45,871 nt of DNA, taken from Thermodesulfobacteriota bacterium (lineage in GTDB: Bacteria; Desulfobacterota_D; UBA1144). Under the pieces are notes generated by a model, which saw only the letters and a list, made by a program, of their open reading frames with translations, was not told the origin of the DNA and made no database searches. The stretch lies in NCBI GenBank assembly GCA_029246845.1, contig JAQWMJ010000010.1, positions 1 to 45,871 of the forward strand. Direction: 5' to 3'. A program made the translations under genes and the position numbers. Shown here one piece after another: positions 1 through 8,239 of this stretch; the stretch's first letter is position 1, and every line of letters begins with the position of its first letter.

Positions 1-2193
1 GAACTCCCTAATGATATAACAAGAGATACTCCAGCATCATTTGAGCCTACTCTAGACTATGTTGTTGTTAAGATCCCTAGATTTACATTTGAAAAATTTC
101 CTCAAACTGAAGCTCTGCTTGGTACTCAGATGAAGTCTGTTGGAGAAGTTATGTCGATTGGTAGTACATTCAAAGAAGCTTTGGGTAAGGCTATGAGATC
201 TTTAGAAGTGGACAGTATTGGTTTTGATAAAATGGAGAAGAATAAAGATAAAGTTCTCAGCATCCTATCTTCTAATAATCCTGAAAAGCTTTGGTACTTG
301 GCTGATGCTTTAAGACTTGGTATGTCTATAGATGATATCTTCGATATTACTAAAATTGATAAATGGTTTTTAAATAATATAAGAGAAATAATAGATGTGG
401 AAAAAAGAATTCTTAAAAAGACAATCTCTAATATCGACTCAGAATTAATTTTGAATGCCAAGGAATATGGCTATTCTGACATTATGATTTCTATTTTATT
501 AAAGACAGAAGAGGAAAAAGTAAGAGCTTTTAGGATGGTAAACTCTATTTTTCCTGCATACAAGATGGTGGATACTTGTTCCGCGGAGTTTGAAGCTTTT
601 ACTCCTTATCTCTACTCTACGTATCAAACAGAAGATGAATCAAGACCTTCGAAGAAAAAGAAAGTTGCTATTTTGGGTAGTGGTCCCAATAGGATAGGTC
701 AAGGTATTGAGTTTGATTATTGTTGTGTCCATGCCTCTTTTTCTCTAAAAGAAGAAGGCTACGAGACAATAATGATCAACTGTAATCCTGAAACTGTTAG
801 TACTGATTATGATACATCTGATAAGCTCTATTTTGAGCCTTTGACGGTTGAAGATACACTCGCTATTTTAGATAATGAAAAACCTGATGGCGTCATTGTT
901 CACCTTGGAGGTCAAACTCCTCTTAAGCTAGCACTAGACTTAGAAAAAGCTGGCGTGAAGATTATGGGCACATCTGCAGATAGTATTGATATAGCAGAGG
1001 ACAGAGAAAGATTCAAAAACCTTATGGACGAACTTAGCATACTCCAACCCGAGTCAAGAATTGCTAAGTCCAAAAAGGAAGCGCTCAATTTATCAGAAGA
1101 GATAACTTATCCAATGGTTGTAAGACCTTCATATGTTCTAGGGGGAAGGTCAATGGAAGTTGTTTATTCAAGAAATGACTTAGAATCTTATTTGCAGGCG
1201 AAAGTAGATATTTCCTCAAATAGACCTTTGTTAATGGACCAATTTTTAAAAGATGCAAAAGAAATAGATGTAGATGCGCTCTGTGATCAATGCGATGTTG
1301 TAATTTGCGGAATACTAGAACATGTAGAGGAGGCTGGTGTTCATTCAGGCGATAGCACAATGGTAATGCCCCCATATTCTCTTTCGAAAGATTTGCTAGA
1401 TGAAATAAAAGAAAAAACTAAACAAATTGCTTTAAGATTAAAGGTTAAGGGTCTTATAAATATTCAATATGCAATTAAAGGAAATGATCTATATATGATT
1501 GAAGTCAACCCTAGAGCTAGTAGGACTATCCCTTTTATTAGTAAAGCGATTGGAATTCCAATCGCAAAGATAGCTGCAAAGGTAATGTCAGGTCGTAAAT
1601 TAGCTGAATTAAATTTTTTAAACGAAATATCAATCAATCATTACTGTGTTAAAGAGTCAGTTTTCCCGTTCATCAAATTTCCAGATGTAGATACAATTCT
1701 AGGTCCTGAAATGAAATCGACAGGTGAAGCTATGGGAATTGATTCAGACTTACCAGCAGCTTTTGCTAAGGCTCAAATCTCGTCAGGTAACAGTCTCCCA
1801 ACTTCAGGTAGGGCATTTGTTAGTGTTAAAGATGACGACAAAGTTAAGATTCTATCTTTATGCGAAAATTTAATATTGCTGGGTTTTGATATTATTTCAA
1901 CAAAGGGCACTCATGAATATTTAAAGAAGAACAATATATCATCTCAAGTAGTTAAAAAAGTAAAGGAGGGCTCGGGTAACATAGTTGATTTAATGAAGAA
2001 TGCAGAAATTGATATTCTAATAAATACAACCTCTACAAAAAAAGAAATTTTAGAGTCCTTTAGCATTAGAAGAACAGCTTTAATTAAGCAAGTTCCTTAT
2101 TTTACAACTATAGCAGGAGCTACAGCCGCAATTGATGCAATAGACTATCTAAAAAAAGGTATAATAAAGGTTAAACCGCTTCAAGAATATTAA
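1..2193 (+). CDS. carB: Carbamoyl-phosphate synthase large subunit, C-terminal ~730 codons (5' end lies upstream of the window)
   Basis: Frame 1 is open from nt 1 (ELPNDITRDTPASFEPTLDYVVVKIPRFTFEKF..QMKSVGEVMSIG). It contains the second ATP-grasp half (GPNRIGQGIEFDYCCVH, EVNPRASRT) and a C-terminal MGS-like domain. Confidence 0.95.
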   Translation, partial: ELPNDITRDTPASFEPTLDYVVVKIPRFTFEKFPQTEALLGTQMKSVGEVMSIGSTFKEALGKAMRSLEVDSIGFDKMEKNKDKVLSILSSNNPEKLWYLADALRLGMSIDDIFDITKIDKWFLNNIREIIDVEKRILKKTISNIDSELILNAKEYGYSDIMISILLKTEEEKVRAFRMVNSIFPAYKMVDTCSAEFEAFTPYLYSTYQTEDESRPSKKKKVAILGSGPNRIGQGIEFDYCCVHASFSLKEEGYETIMINCNPETVSTDYDTSDKLYFEPLTVEDTLAILDNEKPDGVIVHLGGQTPLKLALDLEKAGVKIMGTSADSIDIAEDRERFKNLMDELSILQPESRIAKSKKEALNLSEEITYPMVVRPSYVLGGRSMEVVYSRNDLESYLQAKVDISSNRPLLMDQFLKDAKEIDVDALCDQCDVVICGILEHVEEAGVHSGDSTMVMPPYSLSKDLLDEIKEKTKQIALRLKVKGLINIQYAIKGNDLYMIEVNPRASRTIPFISKAIGIPIAKIAAKVMSGRKLAELNFLNEISINHYCVKESVFPFIKFPDVDTILGPEMKSTGEAMGIDSDLPAAFAKAQISSGNSLPTSGRAFVSVKDDDKVKILSLCENLILLGFDIISTKGTHEYLKKNNISSQVVKKVKEGSGNIVDLMKNAEIDILINTTSTKKEILESFSIRRTALIKQVPYFTTIAGATAAIDAIDYLKKGIIKVKPLQEY

Positions 2194-2212
2194 AGGGGGT
2201 TCGAGAAAACTT

Positions 2213-2683
2213 ATGGATAAAATGCCAATCACACCAAAAGGCTTTACCTTTCTTCAAGAGGAGTTAAGGCGACTAAAGAACGATGAAAGACCAAAGATTA
2301 TTAAGATGATTGAGTTTGCAAGATCTCTTGGTGATCTATCTGAAAATGCTGAATATGAGACAGCAAAAGATAGACAAGCATTTAATGACAAAAGGATTAA
2401 TGAGCTAGAGACTAAACTGTCATCTTGTGTTGTAATCGATCCAAACGATATAAAGAATAAATCAAAATTGATATTTGGACTTTCTTTTGAGATTGAAGAT
2501 TTAGATAGTGGAGAAAAAAAAGTTTATCAACTTTTAGGCCCAGAAGAATCAAGTCCGGAAAAAGGATCTATATCAATAGAGTCCCCATTAGCCAGAGGTG
2601 TTTTGGGTAGAGAAGAAGGTGATGAATTTATAGTTAAAACTCCTTCAGGTCCTAAAGAATATATATTAAATAAGATCTTTTAA
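2213..2683 (+). CDS. greA: Transcription elongation factor GreA
   Basis: 156 aa. N-terminal coiled coil with LSENAEYETAKDRQ and a C-terminal SPLARGVLG..G motif typical of GreA. Confidence 0.9.
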   Translation: MDKMPITPKGFTFLQEELRRLKNDERPKIIKMIEFARSLGDLSENAEYETAKDRQAFNDKRINELETKLSSCVVIDPNDIKNKSKLIFGLSFEIEDLDSGEKKVYQLLGPEESSPEKGSISIESPLARGVLGREEGDEFIVKTPSGPKEYILNKIF

Positions 2684-3144
2684 TGAAAAATTCTCTAATA
2701 ATTTTAATTCTTTTTTTGGTAGATCAGTTTACCAAAAATTTTGTTGTAGATTCTATAATATTGAATACCTCACATGAAGTAAGCTCTTTTTTAAATATAA
2801 TTTTTATATACAATAGAGGCTTTCTCTTTGGCTACTTCTCTGATCTCCCAGACTTAATACTTTTATTTATACATTTAGGGTTATTTTTCGCTTCGATTTA
2901 TATTATATTTAAATTTCTTTTTATGGATTACAAATATAGACACATAGCTATCTTATTTTTTGCTGGTGCACTGGGAAACTCTTTTGATCGATTCTTTAGA
3001 GAAGGAGTCGTAGATTTTCTTGATTTTCATTATTATGATATTCATTGGCCAGCATTTAATTTCGCGGATTCATACATTTTCATTGGTGTTATTATATATA
3101 TAATGAAATACGTTAGAGAGGAAAAGATTTGTTCACAGGAATAG
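2683..3144 (+). CDS. lspA: Lipoprotein signal peptidase (signal peptidase II)
   Basis: 4-TM protein with NRG.LFG and FDR...VVDFLDF...WPAFNFADS motifs. TAATG overlap with the greA stop. Confidence 0.85.
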   Translation: MKNSLIILILFLVDQFTKNFVVDSIILNTSHEVSSFLNIIFIYNRGFLFGYFSDLPDLILLFIHLGLFFASIYIIFKFLFMDYKYRHIAILFFAGALGNSFDRFFREGVVDFLDFHYYDIHWPAFNFADSYIFIGVIIYIMKYVREEKICSQE

Positions 3145-3722
3145 TTGAGAAAGTTGGTGCAATAAGTATCATCAATCTTCAAGAATCAGGAGAGTATCTT
3201 ATTAGAATTGAATGTAAGTCCCTTAAGCCTGATACTTTTCTTCTTGGGGAGTCTATTTCGGTTAATGGAATTTGTTTAACAGTGACAAAAAAAACAAAGA
3301 CTTACTTTGAGACATTTGCCTCAAAAGAAACTTTGAGTAAAACCTCATTATCTAAATTAAAGTCAAATTCTAAAGTAAATCTTGAAAGAGCCATGAAAGT
3401 AAATGGTAGATTTGGAGGACATATAGTTAGTGGACATATTGATTCTACAGGTGTTATATCTAAAGTCGAGAATTCAGGGAAATCTATTCAATACTGGTTT
3501 CGTATTAGCAAGAAACATAGTAAGTATATAATTAGTAAAGGATCTATAACAATTGATGGAATTAGTTTGACCGTAAATGAGGTCAAAGGAAGTATTTTTT
3601 CCGTAAATATAATTCCTCACACTACCAGCAATACAATATCTAAAACTTGGTTAAAAGGCTCAATTGTAAATTTAGAGTTTGATATGATTGCTAAATATGT
3701 AGAGAAGATGATGTTGAAATGA
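3129..3722 (+). CDS. ribE: Riboflavin synthase alpha chain
   Basis: MFTGIVE N-terminus and duplicated lumazine-binding halves (SISVNGICLTV / SITIDGISLTV). TTG start preceded by GAGAGGAA. Overlaps lspA by 16 nt. Confidence 0.9.
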   Translation: MFTGIVEKVGAISIINLQESGEYLIRIECKSLKPDTFLLGESISVNGICLTVTKKTKTYFETFASKETLSKTSLSKLKSNSKVNLERAMKVNGRFGGHIVSGHIDSTGVISKVENSGKSIQYWFRISKKHSKYIISKGSITIDGISLTVNEVKGSIFSVNIIPHTTSNTISKTWLKGSIVNLEFDMIAKYVEKMMLK

Positions 3723-4225
3723 GTAATATTTTTTTGATAGGATTTATGGGTGCAGGTAAAACAACTATAGGCTCGTTATTAGCTGATAAAATTAATTTTA
3801 ATTTTTATGATACTGACCAAATGATAGTAGAGCAAGAGTCCAGAGAAATAGTAGAGATTTTTAAATCTAATGGTGAAGATTATTTTAGAGACTTGGAAAC
3901 TAGTAAACTAACTGAGATAGAAAATTACAAAGAAACAATCTTTGCTACAGGTGGCGGAATTATTTTGAGACAAGAAAATCGTGAAATTCTTAAACGAAAT
4001 TTCTCTGTATACCTAAAGGCTTCTTTTGAAACTATTTTTGAAAGAATCAAAGAGGACACTACTAGACCTTTGCTCAATACTGAAGACCCTTACTCTACGG
4101 GCCTAAAAATTTTTGAATCAAGAAAAGAATTATATGATTCATTTACTCTCTCTGTAGATACGGATGATATCTCTCCTGACTTGATTGCAGATAAAATTTA
4201 TTCTCTCTATAAAAAACAAAAATGA
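3719..4225 (+). CDS. aroK: Shikimate kinase
   Basis: GFMGAGKTTIG P-loop, D(T)D, GGG(I)I. 168 aa. ATGA overlap with ribE. Confidence 0.85.
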   Translation: MSNIFLIGFMGAGKTTIGSLLADKINFNFYDTDQMIVEQESREIVEIFKSNGEDYFRDLETSKLTEIENYKETIFATGGGIILRQENREILKRNFSVYLKASFETIFERIKEDTTRPLLNTEDPYSTGLKIFESRKELYDSFTLSVDTDDISPDLIADKIYSLYKKQK

Positions 4226-5283
4226 AAGAATATATTGATTTAACGAATCAAATTAAGGATATAATTTTATCAAATGGGTTCGACTCTGTAGGAATATCTA
4301 AGGCGCAAGAATTAAAAGACTCCCACTTTTTGGCAGATTGGATCAAGAAAGAGTTTCATGCAGACATGGAATATATGGAAGATGTTGAAAAAAGATCAGA
4401 TGTGAGAAAGATTGAGCCCAACTTTAAATCAGTTATAAGCTGTACCATAAATTATAATTCTCTAGACGCAGAAAAAAATTCCTCAGTTGCTATGAGTAAC
4501 GGAAAGGGATGGATCTCAAGATATGCTATTGGTGACGATTACCATAAAATTATTAAAAAAAAGCTAAAAGCAGCAAGTTCACAAATTAAGGATTTATATA
4601 TTGATGAAGTGAACTCACGAGTTTATGTTGATACAGGGCCTGTTTTAGAAAGAGCCTATGCATCAATTTCAGGCTTAGGTTGGATAGGTAAAAATTCTTG
4701 CTTAATTAATAGAGATCAAGGGTCATGGATATTTCTTGCTAATATTCTCATTGACCAGGAGTTGGCTTTTGATAACTTACCCTCAAAAAACCTTTGTGGT
4801 TCTTGTACTAAATGTATAGACTCATGCCCTACTAATGCAATAGTTGATGACAAGGTTGTGGATGCTAGGAAATGCATCTCTTACTTAACAATTGAAAATA
4901 AAAAATATGTTAATAATGATTTGGCACATAAAATCGGAAACAACATCTACGGCTGTGATATTTGCCAGGAAGTTTGTCCTTGGAACAAAAGAGCTACTAT
5001 CACAGAATTGAATCAATTCCATCCTAGAGATGAGTTAATAGAACCAGATATGATGAATTTGATTTCCACAATTGAAGAAGACTGGGATAGAATTAAAATT
5101 AAAAGTCCTTTAAAGAGGGTTAAGAAAGATGGATTGATAAGAAACATATTAATCGTAATGGGCAATTCTGCTAGCAAGAAATACTTGGGAATATTAAAAA
5201 AGTATTCCGAAAGCGAGAATTTAATACATTCAATGACCGCGAGGGACTCTATAGAAAGAATAAGAAGTACAATGATATCTTGA
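4222..5283 (+). CDS. queG: Epoxyqueuosine reductase (tRNA queuosine biosynthesis, 4Fe-4S)
   Basis: GLGWIGKNSCLINRDQGSWIFL plus two ferredoxin-type clusters (CGSCTKCIDSCP, CDICQEVCPWN). 353 aa. Confidence 0.85.
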   Translation: MKEYIDLTNQIKDIILSNGFDSVGISKAQELKDSHFLADWIKKEFHADMEYMEDVEKRSDVRKIEPNFKSVISCTINYNSLDAEKNSSVAMSNGKGWISRYAIGDDYHKIIKKKLKAASSQIKDLYIDEVNSRVYVDTGPVLERAYASISGLGWIGKNSCLINRDQGSWIFLANILIDQELAFDNLPSKNLCGSCTKCIDSCPTNAIVDDKVVDARKCISYLTIENKKYVNNDLAHKIGNNIYGCDICQEVCPWNKRATITELNQFHPRDELIEPDMMNLISTIEEDWDRIKIKSPLKRVKKDGLIRNILIVMGNSASKKYLGILKKYSESENLIHSMTARDSIERIRSTMIS

Positions 5284-5331
5284 CACCATTCTTTAATCTG
5301 TTTAGCTTAATAGTGTAAATCGGAGGTTATT

Positions 5332-5850
5332 ATGAGCAATGAAAGAGAAGCAGCAGTTACATTAAAAGGTAATCCTATCACTTTAGTGGGACCAGAACTT
5401 AAAGTTGGAGATAAAGCTCCAGATTTTACTTGTGATCAGGGCTTAGTTCCATCGATATCTCTTGCAGATATGGGAGATTCAATTAAAGTTTTTAATGTAG
5501 TTTTATCAGTTGACACCCCTGTTTGTTCTGCGCAAACAAGAAGATTTAATGAAGAAGCTGCCAATATAACAGGCAATCTTAAGATTTATACGGTGAGCGC
5601 TGACTTGCCTTTTGCACAAAAAAGATTTTGTGGAGCAGAAGGTATTGATAGAGTTGGAAATATTTCAGATTATAGGGGCAATGCTTTTGGTGAGGCTTTT
5701 GGTATCTTGATAAAGGACAAGGGATTATTAGCAAGAGCGGTATTTGTATTAGATAAAGATAATACTATAAAGTATGTAGAATATGTCAGTGAGATAGCAA
5801 CAGAGCCTAATTTTGATTCTGCCTTAGAGGTTGTAAAAAGTTTAGTTTAA
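5332..5850 (+). CDS. tpx: Thiol peroxidase (atypical 2-Cys peroxiredoxin, Tpx type)
   Basis: SVDTPVCSAQTRRFNEEA and a resolving Cys context (KRFCGAEG). GGAGG RBS. Confidence 0.9.
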   Translation: MSNEREAAVTLKGNPITLVGPELKVGDKAPDFTCDQGLVPSISLADMGDSIKVFNVVLSVDTPVCSAQTRRFNEEAANITGNLKIYTVSADLPFAQKRFCGAEGIDRVGNISDYRGNAFGEAFGILIKDKGLLARAVFVLDKDNTIKYVEYVSEIATEPNFDSALEVVKSLV

Positions 5851-6161
5851 TGAGTGATTCAGGTCTCAATAAAATTAAAGTTCTAGAAGTATTATCTGAT
5901 GTATATGATCCCGAAATTCCTATAGATATAGTTAACTTGGGACTTGTATATGATGTGGAAGTTGTGGGTACTGTGGTAAATCTTAAAATGACAATGACTT
6001 CTCCTGGTTGCCCATCGGCTAGAGAGATAGTTCTCGAATCGCAGACATTAGTAAGTGAAATGGAAGGTGTGAGTGAGGCAAATGTTGAGATTGTCTGGGA
6101 TCCCCCTTGGACTCCAGAGAAAATGAGCGATGAAGCACGAGTTAGTATGGGGATGGATTAA
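5850..6161 (+). CDS. DUF59 / SufT(PaaD)-like Fe-S assembly protein
   Basis: VYDPEIPIDIVNLGLVY and MTMTSPGCP motifs of the MIP18/DUF59 family. 103 aa. Confidence 0.75.
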   Translation: MSDSGLNKIKVLEVLSDVYDPEIPIDIVNLGLVYDVEVVGTVVNLKMTMTSPGCPSAREIVLESQTLVSEMEGVSEANVEIVWDPPWTPEKMSDEARVSMGMD

Positions 6162-6167
6162 TAGGCC

Positions 6168-6620
6168 ATGTCAAGATCTCTAATAGTGGGGTCAAAAGCT
6201 CCAAAGTTCAAATATAATTTAGCTGATGGTTCTTCAGATTCATTAGCAAACTATCTTGGCGGAAAAGTTTTAATATGTTTTTATCCAAAAGATAATACTC
6301 CAGGCTGTACATCGGAGGCATGTTCATTAAGTGATTCCATAAAGAAGTTTGATAAACAAAAAGTTAAAGTTTTCGGAATTAGTAAAGATAATGAGTTATC
6401 ACATGATAAGTTCATAAAGAAATATAACTTAAAGATAAGCCTTATTCCTGACCCAGATTTAAAAATAATTACTAAATATGGGGTTTTGAATGAAAGGGGT
6501 TCAGCAAGAAGAACATCTTTCTTGATAGATGAAAGTGGAAAAATAATAAATATTTGGTCTAAAGTTAATACGAAGGCACACGCTGAGGAAGTACTTAAGT
6601 TCCTTGATGAAGATAAATGA
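6168..6620 (+). CDS. bcp: Peroxiredoxin Bcp (thioredoxin-dependent)
   Basis: FYPKDNTPGCTSEAC active-site motif. 150 aa. Confidence 0.85.
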   Translation: MSRSLIVGSKAPKFKYNLADGSSDSLANYLGGKVLICFYPKDNTPGCTSEACSLSDSIKKFDKQKVKVFGISKDNELSHDKFIKKYNLKISLIPDPDLKIITKYGVLNERGSARRTSFLIDESGKIINIWSKVNTKAHAEEVLKFLDEDK

Positions 6621-7360
6621 TTTTTTTTGTTTCAGGAAACGATACTGACATAGGTAAGACTTTCGTCTCAAGCTTGCTTCTTAAATCTTTATTAAAGAAA
6701 TATAACAAGATAGCCTACGTTAAGCCGATTGAAAGTGGTGTTTCACAGATTAGTCAATCTGACTTGTCATTTGTTAAAAAATCTAGCGATTTTGGGAAAA
6801 AAGTTGATTTTTTTCAATTTATCTTATTTAAAGAACCTGTTGCTCCTTTTACTGCGTCATTAATTGAAAAAAGAAGGATTAGTTACCCTGAAATAGTTAA
6901 AAATATAAAAAGATTAGAAAAAGAATATGATCTTCTAGTAATTGAGGGTGCAGGTGGACTAAGAGTGCCAATTACGAAAAGCAAGGAAATTGTTGACTTG
7001 ATTAAATCAATAAAGGCGATAGTTATTTTAGTCATCAGTCCTTTTTTAGGTACATTAAATCATACTTTTATGTCTATTGAGACACTAAAAGTAAGAAAAA
7101 TTCCCCTTGAGGGAGTTGTAATTAATTCATATCCATATAAGCCAAATATATCGGAAGTTCACAACCCAATTATTATAAATAGTAGGAAGATTAAGATTTT
7201 AGGTGTTATTCCTAGGATGACTAATTCATTGAAAAAATCGAAAAACTTTCATTTAAAAAGTCTTTTCTCACCTCGTTTTGGGGGTCAATTTTGTCAAGTA
7301 GATTTTATTGAAAAATGTCAAAATAAATTCGAAGCACTTTTAAAAAAATACGCTAATTGA
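6617..7360 (+). CDS. bioD: ATP-dependent dethiobiotin synthetase
   Basis: N-terminal GNDTDIGKT P-loop variant and EGAGG(L)RVP motif. ATGA overlap with bcp. No other bio genes in the window. Confidence 0.75.
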   Translation: MIFFVSGNDTDIGKTFVSSLLLKSLLKKYNKIAYVKPIESGVSQISQSDLSFVKKSSDFGKKVDFFQFILFKEPVAPFTASLIEKRRISYPEIVKNIKRLEKEYDLLVIEGAGGLRVPITKSKEIVDLIKSIKAIVILVISPFLGTLNHTFMSIETLKVRKIPLEGVVINSYPYKPNISEVHNPIIINSRKIKILGVIPRMTNSLKKSKNFHLKSLFSPRFGGQFCQVDFIEKCQNKFEALLKKYAN

Positions 7361-7384
7361 CAGTCATTTTGACTATGCTATCAT
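7357..7384 (+). promoter_or_regulatory. Candidate sigma70-type promoter of the act operon (TTGACA-16 nt-TATCAT)
   Basis: TTGACA at 7357-7362 (overlaps the bioD stop), a 16-nt spacer, and TATCAT at 7379-7384, about 45 nt upstream of the actA start. Confidence 0.35.
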
Positions 7385-7429
7385 TTTTACCAGTCCCCAG
7401 ATTCAAGTTGCAAAAGAGGAAGTATAAAG

Positions 7430-8218
7430 TTGTCGAAGAAGCTCACAATTGTTACAATATTGGCCTTATTGGGCACAATTGTAATATCATACTTTGCATT
7501 TGTTAAAGACTACGAACCTCACCAGCCGATTGCCTTTAGTCATAAAATCCATAGCGGAGTCAATGAGATTCCTTGTACTTATTGTCATGCATATGTTGCT
7601 AAGTCTTCACAACCTGGAATTCCTTCCGTAATGGAATGTATGGGCTGTCATAAGTATGTAAATGCTAAATATGATCCTAAAGATCCCAAAAGAATTTATA
7701 AATATAATGATGAGTCAATTGATCCTACAAATTATTTGTATGATGGCAGGAAAAGAATTAATTTTGAGAATGAGATAAAAAAATTAACTGGTTATTGGGA
7801 AAGAAAGGAACCAATTGTATGGGTCAATTATCACTATGTACCTGAACATGCAAAATTTCCTCATAAACCGCATATAAGATATGGATTAGAGTGTAAAACA
7901 TGCCATGGTGACGTTGAAAATGTTGATATTCCTAAGCCTCAAACTACATTGCAAATGGGCTGGTGTATAAGCTGCCATGAAGAGAAGTTGCAGAAAAAGT
8001 TCGATGACTTTGAAAAAGTCCACGATGGAATTTCAAAATTAAGTGATCATGATAAGCGAATTATGTCACATACAGGTAGAATTCAATCGAGGTTATTGTA
8101 TAAAGATTTTGATAGGAAGTTAGGTGATCAACATAAACTTAACACTGGAAAAGAAAAATTAATTAATATTAATAAGGAGGTAGCTTGGTTGAAAGACTGT
8201 TCTACTTGTCATTATTAA
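7430..8218 (+). CDS. actA: Alternative complex III subunit ActA, pentaheme cytochrome c
   Basis: N-terminal TM anchor and five CxxCH motifs (CTYCH, CMGCH, CKTCH, CISCH, CSTCH). First gene of the actABCDEF order. TTG start after AGAGGAAG. Confidence 0.85.
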   Translation: MSKKLTIVTILALLGTIVISYFAFVKDYEPHQPIAFSHKIHSGVNEIPCTYCHAYVAKSSQPGIPSVMECMGCHKYVNAKYDPKDPKRIYKYNDESIDPTNYLYDGRKRINFENEIKKLTGYWERKEPIVWVNYHYVPEHAKFPHKPHIRYGLECKTCHGDVENVDIPKPQTTLQMGWCISCHEEKLQKKFDDFEKVHDGISKLSDHDKRIMSHTGRIQSRLLYKDFDRKLGDQHKLNTGKEKLININKEVAWLKDCSTCHY

Positions 8219-8239
8219 TCAAGGATTATTAATCAGATT

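Noticed and set aside
126-461. This and the many other 60-144-aa ORFs antisense to, or out of frame within, large genes. Examples: 1085..1375, 8431..8706, 11769..12002, 12360..12575, 13181..13416, 15161..15373, 16518..16763, 18236..18593, 20610..20807, 20942..21926, 24883..25077, 25347..25574, 26689..26901, 27169..27411, 29498..30168, 31648..32112, 33039..33233, 35329..35541, 36812..37138, 37750..38333.
   Set aside because: Each lies wholly inside a longer ORF that has clear family motifs. They have low-complexity or odd composition, no RBS and no recognisable motif. They are shadow ORFs typical of AT-rich DNA.
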